This document shows positions 36,996 through 47,700 of a stretch of 64,000 nucleotides of DNA, one piece after another; the stretch's first letter is position 1, and every line of letters starts with the position of its first letter. A model generated the notes under the pieces. That model saw nothing but the letters and a program-made list of their open reading frames with translations. It was not told the origin of the DNA and made no database searches. A program made the translations under genes and the position numbers. The stretch is from an uncultured Pseudomonadales bacterium. Its GTDB lineage: Bacteria; Patescibacteriota; Microgenomatia; UBA1400; UBA1449. The DNA lies in contig CAYLQQ010000006.1 in the NCBI GenBank assembly GCA_964386355.1, forward strand, positions 2,088-66,087. Reading direction: 5' to 3'.

Positions 36996-38447
36996 ATGTA
37001 TTACTTACTAATGAAGCCCTCTTACATCCTTCCCCTTATCTACATCTTTCTGTTTACTATCCTGGCACTAGCTAGTCTTGAAGCCTTTCCCATTTTTGCG
37101 GATGAGGCTATATATCTGTTTTGGGTTCAAAAGATCTTGGGAGGTATTGCTCATCCCTTTATATCACTCTACGATGGTAAACCACCTCTATTTATCTGGC
37201 TTTCAGCCTTAGGTTCAATGGACGGATCATCTCTCTTGTTATCCGGAAGGACTATATCTGTAATGGCATATGGAGCCACACTTACTCTACTATTTTTCAG
37301 TATAAAAAAACAGAGTTTAACATGGGCATGGATTGCCCTACTTCTTACCTCACTATCACCCTTTGTCTTTTTCCATTCCCGTCTGGCGATCATGGATTCA
37401 TTACTGACTATGTTTTTAACGGCAGCAATTCTGACCTGGACTTTTAGCACTCACCGCTTTCGGGGTCTTTTGACGGGAATTTTTCTGGGACTGGCTTTTT
37501 GGACCAAAACTCCTACTCTGTTTCTGATCCCTTTTCCTATCCTTTCTGTCTTACTGTTTGAAAGAAATAAAACAAATTTCAAACAAGCCCTCATTGCTTT
37601 TGGAGTGTCTTTAGCTGCAATATTGAGCCTACGAATATCAGTCTGGTTCCCCTTTTTATTTAATCGCGCTGGTGACTTTACTTACCCGATATCAGCCATT
37701 CTCTCTGGCCAATTGAAACATATACCAACAAATTTTTATGAGCTGCTCTATTGGCTCTCAGCCTACCGTCTTTGGCCTGTAATTTTAATTAGTTTACTAT
37801 CTCTAGGTTTGGCGCTTAAAGAAAAAAATAAACTGGTACTCAACTTGGTTTTGGCTTGTATCTGTTTTAGTGTCCCGTTTGTACTCCTAGGCAAAGTTCT
37901 CTCTCCACGTTACTATCTATTGCTGGGTATCCTCCTGCCCGTGATTGCAGGCTTCAGCCTGTCAAAACTAAACAAGCGCCTGAGCATGACAGCTTCTGTG
38001 CTACTTGCCAGCCTGTATATTCCGTTTATTTTTACCTTGCTTGCTACACCACTCTCAGTCAATTTGCCTGCAGTCGATAAAGACCAGTACCTGCAAAACT
38101 GGGCTAGCGGTATTGGTATTCGAGAAGCTTCAGAATTTTTCATTGATGAGGCTAAAAATGGTAGCGTTCAGATACTTTCAGAAGGTTACTTTGGAACACT
38201 TCCAGATGGTCTATTTGTAGAGATAGGAGATAAAATAAAAGACCTGCCTTTGCAGATTGATGGTGTGGGCGAGAATGGCTCCCCAAATTATTACCGTAAA
38301 CTAACTGAAAATACAGCCGATAGTATTTTCTACATCGGCAATCATGATAGAATAAACCAAGCTACTTTAGATGAGTTAGAACTGATCCTATCTTATTCAA
38401 AAGTTGATGGAGGACCCGCTTTAGAAGTGTATAAAGTAAAAAGGTAA
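36996..38447 (+). CDS. GT-C glycosyltransferase (ArnT/PMT-like)
   Basis: FADEAIY, DGKPPLFIW, SRLAIMD, GLAFWTK, PRYYL. Confidence 0.8.
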   Translation: MYYLLMKPSYILPLIYIFLFTILALASLEAFPIFADEAIYLFWVQKILGGIAHPFISLYDGKPPLFIWLSALGSMDGSSLLLSGRTISVMAYGATLTLLFFSIKKQSLTWAWIALLLTSLSPFVFFHSRLAIMDSLLTMFLTAAILTWTFSTHRFRGLLTGIFLGLAFWTKTPTLFLIPFPILSVLLFERNKTNFKQALIAFGVSLAAILSLRISVWFPFLFNRAGDFTYPISAILSGQLKHIPTNFYELLYWLSAYRLWPVILISLLSLGLALKEKNKLVLNLVLACICFSVPFVLLGKVLSPRYYLLLGILLPVIAGFSLSKLNKRLSMTASVLLASLYIPFIFTLLATPLSVNLPAVDKDQYLQNWASGIGIREASEFFIDEAKNGSVQILSEGYFGTLPDGLFVEIGDKIKDLPLQIDGVGENGSPNYYRKLTENTADSIFYIGNHDRINQATLDELELILSYSKVDGGPALEVYKVKR

Positions 38448-38583
38448 TTGGAAAAGACGTGAAGAAAAAAGTAATTGATCATGTTGATCAAAATTACACA
38501 ATAACCATACAGTGTGCTGTATTGGCATAATCTTCTTAAAACATACTTAATGAAGTGAATTCCAGCCCCTGCTAGATAATAGC

Positions 38584-39123
38584 CTATAACATCTCAATCT
38601 CTCCACAAATAACTGCAACATTTGTTGGTACATCCTCAATTTTATACCCTTCTATTCCGCCAATTATCTCCCAATTTATCAAGCAAACCATTTCCTCTTT
38701 TTCAAATGCTTCTGAACCATTTACTGTTCCTGCCATACTATTATACGTATTTCTGTTAAAGCCCAAATTAATGAGCATATTTGAGAGGACATTCACAATC
38801 GGCATATTGTTTTTCTTTTCAATTCTGGGTGTTTCCGTAAGCATAATTGCATATCCCGATACATCAGTACGTTCCAGCGTTCTCATCTTTCCCATTTTTT
38901 CTCCAGCCAATCTCCATGTAAAATCGAGCGGTCCTGGTTGGCTAAAATTCAACTCAACATCTTGTGATAATTGATTTAAGAATGTTTCCATTTTTTGTTC
39001 CCGGCTCTCTTGAGTTGGTGTTGGCGATGCAATAGGCTGCACTAAGATTGTGCTCGTATCTTGCTTTGTACAAGCTGTAAGAAGAACTACCATGAATATG
39101 AGGAATGTTTTTCGCATGTACAT
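38584..39123 (-). CDS. Hypothetical lipoprotein
   Basis: LTAC lipobox. Confidence 0.6.
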   Translation of the reverse strand: MYMRKTFLIFMVVLLTACTKQDTSTILVQPIASPTPTQESREQKMETFLNQLSQDVELNFSQPGPLDFTWRLAGEKMGKMRTLERTDVSGYAIMLTETPRIEKKNNMPIVNVLSNMLINLGFNRNTYNSMAGTVNGSEAFEKEEMVCLINWEIIGGIEGYKIEDVPTNVAVICGEIEML

Positions 39124-39203
39124 ACTATCTCAAATTCCCATATATATTTCAATCCTGCTATACTTATATGAACCTTCTTACGAATAAACGTATTAAACTA
39201 CTT

Positions 39204-41339
39204 ATGGACCTATCTACTTTTTTTCATCCCAAGTCTATCGCTATCATAGGTGCCTCGCGCGACCCGCAAAAAGTTGGGGGTATTGTTGTCAAAAATATAC
39301 TTGAATCTGGTTATGATGGGCTGATTTTGCCAGTCAATCCTAAAGCTGAATCAATTTTTGACCTGAAATGTTATCCTGATTACACTAGCCTAACCCAAAC
39401 GCCTGACCTGGCTGTGGTAGCTATTCCCGCCCAGTTTGTCCTGGAAACACTCAACCAAATCAATCAAAAAGGTACAAAGAATGTTGTGGTCTTTACTGCA
39501 GGTTTTAAAGAAATTGGAGAAGAAGGCAAGCGGATCGAAACAGAGTTGACTCAGTTTGCAAAAGATAATGATATTAATCTATTGGGACCTAACTGCCTGG
39601 GGTTTGTAAACAATGCTGCCAACCTCAACGTCACCTTTGCCCAATCAATTAAAACATTAGGGCCTTTGCGTTTCATTTCCCAATCGGGAGCAATTGCCAG
39701 CTCGATATTTGACTGGTGTGAAGCAAATGGTATGGGTTTTTCACAGTTTGTAACGTTAGGCAACAAAGCGGTATTAAATGAAAATCATTTTATGGAGTAC
39801 TGGTTACAGTCTGCAGATGAGATGCCACTCCTCCCTGATCAACAATCTTTTGGGAATAAAGAACCGATAGGTCTCTATTTAGAATCGATAACTGAGGGTA
39901 GTCAATTTTTACAAATTGCTAAAAAACTTGTCATAAAGCACCCAATGTTCATTCTTAAACCAGGTAAATCTAAAGCAGCAGCCAAAGCGATGCAATCCCA
40001 TACGGGAGCAATAGCTGGAGAAGATGCTGTCATGGACCAAGCAATCAGACAAGCTGGTATGATTCGGTGCGAAGGTTTGGAAGATATGTTTGATTTATGC
40101 AGAGCATTTTCCTGGCAGAAAGCTCCAAAGGGACCCAAAGTTGCAATCATATCCAATGCAGGAGGCCCAGCAGTGATCTCAGCAGATATCATTGAACAGG
40201 AGGGTTTGGAATTGGCACAATTTGATACCATAACCCGGAATTTATTGTTGGAGAAATTACCCAGAGAAGCAAGTCTTATTAATCCGGTTGATGTTTTGGG
40301 TGACGCATTAGCCCAACGCTACAGGGACGCATGCGAAATTATTCTGCAAAATAACGAGGTAGATGCCTTGATTGTCATACTCACCCCTCAGATCATGACT
40401 CAAATTGAGGATACTGCCCAATTAATTTCCCAATTATCCACCCAATACGAAAAGCCAATTATGTGCTGTTTCATTGGCGGTTCTGATGTTTCCAAAGGAG
40501 AAAGTATTCTCAATTTTAACCATATCCCTTCATTTAGATTTCCTGAAAGGGCTATCAAGTCTCTGGCTGCCATGTGGAAATGGAGACAATGGGTAAATTC
40601 ACAAACTCAAATCTCAACTATCAAAGGTCAAAACGAAGAACAGGCATCCAGTCATCCAATTATTGATCTGGCATTATCTCAAAACCGGACTACACTGGAT
40701 TCATTTGAGGCAGATGAGCTACTAAAGTCTGCTGGAATTTCTACTCCTCCGACAAAATCTATAGAGTCACTTGAAGATGCAAAGCATTTTTCACAAGAAA
40801 ACGGATACCCGGAAGTTTTAAAACTCTCCTCTCCTCTGTTATTGCATAAAACCGAAGCCGGTGGGGTCATTACTGGTATAAACTCAGATGAAGCTCTATC
40901 TAATTTCTTTGAACAAATGAAAGCAAATATATCCAAGTTTGAATCTAATATTAGGGATACAGTCCATATCCAAATACAAAAACAAGTCGAAAAGGGAGTC
41001 GAGGTTATTGTTGGCAGCAAACGGGATGCAAACTTTGGTCCTGTGCTGATGTTTGGAGCAGGCGGAACACTGGCTGAACTGATCGCTGACAGAAATCTGT
41101 ATATCCTTCCAATTGATCAAATTTCCGCAATTGAACTGATCAAGAAATCAAAAGTATATAAACTACTTAATGGCTTCCGGGGTGCTAAACCATACTCACT
41201 TGACACTCTCGCTGATCTAATTGTTAAACTAAGTCAACTTGCTCAAAGTAACGAACGTATATCAGAAATTGAAATAAACCCCGTTATTATTACCTACACT
41301 AATACTTGGGCAGTAGACGGCAAAGTCGTGTTAAAATAA
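39204..41339 (+). CDS. acdAB: ADP-forming acetate-CoA ligase, fused alpha/beta
   Basis: PKSIAIIGAS, LGPNCLG, SQSGA, SHTGAIAG, HKTEAGGV ATP-grasp, EIEINP; alternative start at 39168. Confidence 0.9.
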   Translation: MDLSTFFHPKSIAIIGASRDPQKVGGIVVKNILESGYDGLILPVNPKAESIFDLKCYPDYTSLTQTPDLAVVAIPAQFVLETLNQINQKGTKNVVVFTAGFKEIGEEGKRIETELTQFAKDNDINLLGPNCLGFVNNAANLNVTFAQSIKTLGPLRFISQSGAIASSIFDWCEANGMGFSQFVTLGNKAVLNENHFMEYWLQSADEMPLLPDQQSFGNKEPIGLYLESITEGSQFLQIAKKLVIKHPMFILKPGKSKAAAKAMQSHTGAIAGEDAVMDQAIRQAGMIRCEGLEDMFDLCRAFSWQKAPKGPKVAIISNAGGPAVISADIIEQEGLELAQFDTITRNLLLEKLPREASLINPVDVLGDALAQRYRDACEIILQNNEVDALIVILTPQIMTQIEDTAQLISQLSTQYEKPIMCCFIGGSDVSKGESILNFNHIPSFRFPERAIKSLAAMWKWRQWVNSQTQISTIKGQNEEQASSHPIIDLALSQNRTTLDSFEADELLKSAGISTPPTKSIESLEDAKHFSQENGYPEVLKLSSPLLLHKTEAGGVITGINSDEALSNFFEQMKANISKFESNIRDTVHIQIQKQVEKGVEVIVGSKRDANFGPVLMFGAGGTLAELIADRNLYILPIDQISAIELIKKSKVYKLLNGFRGAKPYSLDTLADLIVKLSQLAQSNERISEIEINPVIITYTNTWAVDGKVVLK

Positions 41340-41345
41340 AATTCT

Positions 41346-42530
41346 ATGTCTATGCAAATCAAACCGAATGTTTTCTGGGTCGGCGTCATTGATTGGGATC
41401 TACGCCATTTTCATGGACACACCTACTACACCAAACGGGGTGGTACATACAATGCCTACCTGATCATGGATGATATACCAACTCTTGTGGATGCTGTATA
41501 TGGTCCCTTTTCCCAAGAGATGCTTAACAAAATCAGAGATATAACACCCCTAGATTCAATTAAACAAATAATCGTCAATCATATTGAACCAGACCACTCA
41601 GGAGCGCTGCCAGAACTGCTCGCCCAAATTCCAAATGCCAAACTATTTGGAACGCTCAAGTGTAAACAAGGTCTGGAAAAATACTACGGAACTAGCTGGG
41701 ATTTTCGGGTAGTAAAATCGGGTGATTCAATCTCAACCGGACACAAAACTGTAAAATTCCTGGAAGCTCCTATGATCCACTGGCCTGAGAGTATGTTCTC
41801 GTTTGTACCTGAAGATAAACTTTTACTGCCAAACGATGCCTTTGGTCAACAGTGGGCAACTAACGAGCGTTTTAATGATCAGGTTGATCAAGGTATTCTC
41901 TATGAAGAAGCTGCTAAATATTATGCTTCTATCCTCTGGCCGTATGCAGGTAGTATTGCTAAAAAAATTGATGAATTGCAAACTCTTGGCTGGGAAATTG
42001 ATATGATCGCTCCCAGTCATGGCTTGATATGGAGTAATAACCCGTTTCAGGCTATAGACTGGTACAAAAAATGGAGCACAAACCAGACTGAAAAGAAAGT
42101 TGTGGTCGTCTATGAAACGATGTGGAACTCAACCAAGCTCATGGCCGAATCTATTGCCCAAGGTTTGCAAGAATCAGGAGTGCCGTACCAGCTCTTTGAC
42201 ATTAATCAGACAGATAAGACAGACATATTAACAGCATTACTTGAAGCAAAAGGATATTTATTGGGCAGTGCAACTTATGACAATGATATGCTGCCAAATA
42301 TCGCTGGTTTTATGCATTATCTCAAAGGAAGTCATCCGCAAAATAGAATTGCCGGAGCATTTGGTTCCCATGGATGGGCAGGCGGTGGAGTCAAAGCCTT
42401 AGAAGATTTCATTAAAGCAATGAACTTAACACAACCTCTGCCAAGCCTCGCATTCCAGTTCAAACCCAATACAGAAGAGATCGAGAAGTGTAAACAATTT
42501 GGGAGAGAGTTTGCTGCTACTTTAACTTAG
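41346..42530 (+). CDS. fprA: Flavodiiron protein (A-type flavoprotein)
   Basis: NHIEPDHSG, HWPE, DAFGQ, PSHG, and a flavodoxin domain with FGSHGWAGG. Confidence 0.93.
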   Translation: MSMQIKPNVFWVGVIDWDLRHFHGHTYYTKRGGTYNAYLIMDDIPTLVDAVYGPFSQEMLNKIRDITPLDSIKQIIVNHIEPDHSGALPELLAQIPNAKLFGTLKCKQGLEKYYGTSWDFRVVKSGDSISTGHKTVKFLEAPMIHWPESMFSFVPEDKLLLPNDAFGQQWATNERFNDQVDQGILYEEAAKYYASILWPYAGSIAKKIDELQTLGWEIDMIAPSHGLIWSNNPFQAIDWYKKWSTNQTEKKVVVVYETMWNSTKLMAESIAQGLQESGVPYQLFDINQTDKTDILTALLEAKGYLLGSATYDNDMLPNIAGFMHYLKGSHPQNRIAGAFGSHGWAGGGVKALEDFIKAMNLTQPLPSLAFQFKPNTEEIEKCKQFGREFAATLT

Positions 42531-43307
42531 CTTGGGTGGCTCCTCCCCCATTTTCCACAAGATTTCAAACATTTGTTTCTGCATATTTGCAATTTTTTGG
42601 TTGTGAATCTCCACTCCAAAAATTTCACCTTCATACCAGTTATAATAAGCTACCACATCATTATAAATATCTGTTTGATAGTCAATTTTTAATACCTTAG
42701 CAGATAGATATTTATCCTGAAAACGGTCTCTGGGATACAAATCGTATTTATGCTTTGTAATACTTTTAATATAATCATCAGAATAAATCTCTCTAAGTCT
42801 CAAATCTCTGGTAATAAATTCGTCCCGCCATCTTTCTTCAAACTTCCTACCGATTGGTTCTGTCCAATTTCGATACGTGTACCCTACTACTTCTTTATCG
42901 GCTTTTAACGTATGCCAAGCCATTTGCCGGATCCCTTCTTTGCCACGATAAAAATATACTTTTGTGCCAGGTTGCATCATACCGTATTCAGAAGTCAACT
43001 TTTCTTTAAAACGTGCAAAGTTTTTCTTAAGCAAATCCACTTCAGAAATACGCTGGGCAAGTAAACTCTCCAATTGGTCCACATCAACTGCCTTGATAAG
43101 CACATGCTTTTCTTCGATAATTGTTTCCACCAAACCTTTAAGCTCCATGCTTTCGACACGACGATAAAGCGTTGTCCTATTTATACCGGTAGACTTGGCA
43201 ATATCATATACTGTTGCCGGCCCACTTTTAACTATAAAGAGGTACACGATTGCCTCTTCTTCATCCAAACCAAGTTTTTGTAAGTACGTAATTAGGTTAC
43301 TGTTCAT
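42522..43307 (-). CDS. TrmB family transcriptional regulator (HTH + effector domain)
   Basis: LGLDEEEAIVY...IAKSTGINRTTLYR; YRGKEGI...FEILW. Confidence 0.85.
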   Translation of the reverse strand: MNSNLITYLQKLGLDEEEAIVYLFIVKSGPATVYDIAKSTGINRTTLYRRVESMELKGLVETIIEEKHVLIKAVDVDQLESLLAQRISEVDLLKKNFARFKEKLTSEYGMMQPGTKVYFYRGKEGIRQMAWHTLKADKEVVGYTYRNWTEPIGRKFEERWRDEFITRDLRLREIYSDDYIKSITKHKYDLYPRDRFQDKYLSAKVLKIDYQTDIYNDVVAYYNWYEGEIFGVEIHNQKIANMQKQMFEILWKMGEEPPKLS

Positions 43308-43429
43308 CTTTTGTACAACTATTTTGCAATTTTAATGCCTCTATTTAAAATGCAATTAGTTATTAATTATTTATTTAATAGTATTTGTTAATAATCTGTC
43401 AATTACTGACACATACTATTGTTATACAT

Positions 43430-43858
43430 ATGAACAGCAAATGCAATATCTCTGTCCTTATGGGTGCCCAAGGAATTAAACAAGCTTATGAAATGAGTCT
43501 TACCGCCCAGTCACTGGATATAATCTGTCTTTCCCAAAACTATGACAAGATACTAGGAAACTATTTTGATAAAGACTATGCCCCCAGATTGTTTACAACC
43601 AGTATTCATACGAGAGAAATCATCAGTGATAACAAGGAGAATAGGTCGTATGCCAAAACAAAAAATAGTGTAAAGAATGAAGTGGGATTTTTATTCAAAG
43701 GTATGAAAAGCGAAAGCGATTTTCTAGTGTCTGATCAATTCGTTTTTTTGATTTCTTTTAACCCATTAAGTCCCTATGCTATTGTTATAGGGGATGAGGA
43801 AATGGTAAAAAGCATGAAAAGCAAGTTTGAAGTCTTATGGAGCAGCGCGTTGAAATAA
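43430..43858 (+). CDS. Standalone TrmB-type C-terminal effector domain lacking the HTH
   Basis: GAQGIKQAY...TREI...FEVLW aligns by eye with the C-terminal half of 42522..43307. Confidence 0.6.
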   Translation: MNSKCNISVLMGAQGIKQAYEMSLTAQSLDIICLSQNYDKILGNYFDKDYAPRLFTTSIHTREIISDNKENRSYAKTKNSVKNEVGFLFKGMKSESDFLVSDQFVFLISFNPLSPYAIVIGDEEMVKSMKSKFEVLWSSALK

Positions 43859-43875
43859 AGTTTACTGCTTTATAC

Positions 43876-43905
43876 AAAGCCCTCTGAAATCAGAGGGCTT
43901 TTTTT
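43876..43905 (+). terminator. Intrinsic terminator
   Basis: AAAGCCCTCTG/CAGAGGGCTTT stem plus T-tract. Confidence 0.85.
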
Positions 43906-43971
43906 ATGCTCAACTATTCACTGTTTAGAAAGAATAGTATAATAAATTACGTAATAAAAACGTATACTCCT

Positions 43972-44667
43972 ATGCCCACATTTAAAACTGCCAGAGTGAT
44001 CAAAAATGATGTCTTAGCAGCCAAGTTCCATGATCTGGTGTTTGAAACCGATGAACCGTTTACTTTTTTACCCGGACAATTTGTAAGTATTAAAATAAAC
44101 GATAAAAAAATGAATGCCTACTCGATTGCCGGCAAACTCAATGATACACAGTTTGGCTTACTGATCGATACTTCGCCTGGAGGTTTAGGCTCTCAATATA
44201 TTGATAGCCTCAAAGTCGGGGATACAATTGAGTTCTTAGGGCCTTTGGGTCATTTTACCCTACATATGGATGATGGAGCTTCACACCTGTATTTCATGGG
44301 CACCGGCTGCGGTATTGCACCACTCAAGGCAATGATTGAAACAGTCCTGCGGGAACAGAAGTCTGATAAAAAAGTTACCCTATATTTTGGTTTGCGCCAC
44401 TGTGAAGACGTCTTTTGGGATGGGTACTTTAATGAGCTCAAATCCCAATACCCAGATTTTGAATTTAAACTGGTCCTATCTCAGCCTGAAGGAGCCTGGT
44501 GCGGAGTTCACGGTCATATCACAGACCTTGCTAAAGTTGAGATAACAGACCCTGCCAACGCTGCCGTTTATATTTGCGGTTCAATCCGCATGGCCGATGA
44601 AGCTATTGCCTTGTTTGAGCAGATGGGTACTCCAAAAGAGAGGATTTATTTTGAAAAATACGGATAA
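43972..44667 (+). CDS. FAD/NAD(P)-binding oxidoreductase (ferredoxin-NADP reductase family)
   Basis: PGQFV, AYSIAG, GPLGHF, GTGCGIAP, LYFG, YICGS, FEKY. Confidence 0.9.
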   Translation: MPTFKTARVIKNDVLAAKFHDLVFETDEPFTFLPGQFVSIKINDKKMNAYSIAGKLNDTQFGLLIDTSPGGLGSQYIDSLKVGDTIEFLGPLGHFTLHMDDGASHLYFMGTGCGIAPLKAMIETVLREQKSDKKVTLYFGLRHCEDVFWDGYFNELKSQYPDFEFKLVLSQPEGAWCGVHGHITDLAKVEITDPANAAVYICGSIRMADEAIALFEQMGTPKERIYFEKYG

Positions 44668-44691
44668 ATACTAAATAAAAGACAAAAAAAT

Positions 44692-44721
44692 AAATAGAGA
44701 ACGAGAAATCGTTCTCTATTT
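44692..44721. terminator. Perfect 13-bp hairpin, probable terminator
   Basis: AAATAGAGAACGA-GAAA-TCGTTCTCTATTT. Confidence 0.65.
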
Positions 44722-44788
44722 GTAAATTACTCATTGCTAGTCTAATTACTGATGAGATACTATTATGTAATACTAATTTCTTAGTAGT

Positions 44789-47700
44789 ATGCATCAATTA
44801 TTTTCAAACCGCCTGTTTTTTTCTTTCAGTTTTTTAACAATCTTTGGCCTCACTAACTTTTTACCAAATTTCAAACTCCCTTTTTTCCATACCTCTCCCT
44901 CGCCTACACCTGCTCCGCATGCAACAGAAATGCCACAAACCGATGGAGATGTACTGGGAAATTACCGCTACAAGCCCAGCATTCACATCAGTGGAGGCAA
45001 GGATAGCTATAGTACGGGTGGACTTATAGCACTTTCTTCAAAAGAAGAACCGTCAGTTGAGATTAGTGCATACAATACTTCGGGCGAGGTCCAAATTGAT
45101 GTCTGGGAAGCAGATGAGCAGGCTGTGTTAGAGTACCTGACCCATGACAAAGATGGGAAACAAACCAAACGGATTGAGTCTGTTGACAGATTCAAGTTTA
45201 TCGGTACCAGCAAAGCAGATATTAATGGCAGCTACGGAAGAGAATCAAAAGCCTTGCTCCCTCTTGCTGAAACAGGAATCTATTTTTTAAAGATCAGTAA
45301 AGGAGATATTGCAGAACAAGCGTTTATCATTAGGTCATCTTTTGGAGCGGTAGTAAAGGAAGGTGACGATGAACTCATCTTTTGGTCACAGGATTTTGAT
45401 ACCAAACGAAGTCTACAGTCAGGAACGGTCACTACGTTTAACTTGCTCGATAACGCAGTTGAAGTCACAAGTGCAGGGATTGACGGACAAGGTGTTGCCA
45501 AACTGCCTGTGTCAGAAAACAATGATATTGCTCTGGTAAAAAATGACGGTAAACTGGCAGTGGTCCCCTTAAACCTTCGGTACCTTAACTACGGCTATTC
45601 GTATAAAGAATTTCAGCGCAAAGAAAGGCAAAATAAGTTCTTTACCTTTACAGATAGACCGCTGTACAGACCTGGAGATACGATCTATTTTAAATCAGTT
45701 GTCAGAGATGACGATGATGCAAGATATACCCTACCAGCAGGAAATGTCACTGTTGGTTTATACTCAGGTTGGTCAGAAGAAGATAAAATCAGTGAAAAAA
45801 CACTCACATTTGATGAGTTTGGTACAGTTTCAGGTGATTTTAAATTGCCTGAAACTGCAAAAACCGGAGACTACCATGTTAAAATCAACCTTACAGAACG
45901 AATCTACTCAAATTCCTATTTTCAGGTCGAACATTTCCGTAAACCTGAATATTCTATTGATGTAAACATACCTAAAACCACATACATTTCAAAGGATGAA
46001 ATGGTATTTACCATATCTGGTTCATACTTTTCCGGTCAACCTCTTGCTAATCAAGCTGTAAAATACCGGGTCTTTAGCGGAGATTACTACCAGTATGAGT
46101 ATTATGATGAAACTGACGCATATTTTCTTAATGAGGATTATCGGTACGGAAACTGGTGGGGTAATAGCTCAGAGCAATCTTCGATGACGGTCACTCTCAA
46201 TCATCTGGGCAAAGCTGATGTCACCTTAAAACTGGATAATAATTCAAACAGAAACCGAGTGTATTCAATCGAAGCAGAGTTTGATAACGGCTCAGGCAAT
46301 CCAAGCTTTGTACGGAAAAATATGCTTGTGTACGCTGGTGAGTATGACCTGTACCGCAAAGACTACCATTCATATTATGGTTCGCTTTCACAACCACTTG
46401 ATCTTCCGCTTCGATTAGTTAGCCACGTAAACCAGCCAGTTAGTAATATTGATCTACATACAAACATTGAGGTTACAAATTGGGTAGAAGAACGTGTCCC
46501 GGAGGAAAAATACCCAAGGTATAGGAAGGTGGTTGAAACTGTACCAAGTATATCTTCAAAAACTGATAATCAAGGGTATGCTACCTTCAGTTTCCAACCT
46601 ACCAAGACGGGCTCATACACATTTCATGTAATAGGTACCGACAAACGGGGCAATACAATCTCAAAAGATTTTTATGCCTATGTAACCGATAAAAATTACC
46701 CGTACTTTAGCTCTGAACAAGATACAGGTTTGAGCTTACAGCTAGATAAAAAGGAGTATAACCCAACTGATACAGCTACACTCTCAATTTTTTCAAACAT
46801 ACCCAACCGCGATATCTTTTTGACATTTGAACGAAATCGAGTAAATAGGTACCAGGTATTATCATTGGAGGGTACCAATGGCTCAGTAGAAGTCCCTCTT
46901 TTTGATACTGACATGCCTAATATTTACCCGACTTTGACAAGTTTTTCCGATGACAATATTGATAGGGTTTCAGAAAATTTGAAGGTTTCAACTGTTTCTA
47001 AACAGCTTCAGGTACGTATCCAAACAGATAAACCCAGTTATGGTCCTGGTGAAGTTGTAACTGCCCGGCTCGAGACTAGTGATATGGCTGGAAATCCCCA
47101 ATCAGCTGATGTAGCCTTGTGGGCAGTTGATAAGGCGTTATTTGAATTGGTAAGTGAAAATCCTAAAAAAATCAGTGAAACATTCTGGAGTGAGCGCTAT
47201 GCAAATACCTCAACTGCCCACTCCCTTGAGGGCATTACAGCTAATGTGGCTGAAATGGGGGGTTGTTTTACTGCTGGCACACAAATTTTATTAGCCAACG
47301 GGACCTCTTCTCCTATTGAATCGATCAAACCGGGAGATGTAATTAAAACAAGAAAAAGCGAAACCAACAGTGCGCTTGTCAAAGCAAAAGTTAGTTCTGT
47401 TCATATTGCTACTGTTTCAGGGATATTGAAAATAAACAATAACCTGGAAGTTACACCTGAACACATTGTCTGGCTCAATGGCCGCTGGCAGGAAATTGGT
47501 AATGCTCAGATTGGTGATCTACTCTTTGACAGGCAGGGTAAAAAAGTACAGATAGCATCAATCGAATGGTTGTCCGGAAAACGAACCGTATATAACCTTG
47601 AAATTGAAAATAGGCATACGTATTTTGCAAACTCGGTTTGGGTGCATAACCAGAAAGGCGGAGGTGGAAGGACAGTTTTTAAAGATACTGCATACTGGAA

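Noticed and set aside
47264-47650. Canonical mobile intein or polymorphic-toxin release domain
   Set aside because: No homing endonuclease, the +1 residue is Gln, and the downstream sequence is the A2M core, not a toxin with an immunity gene.
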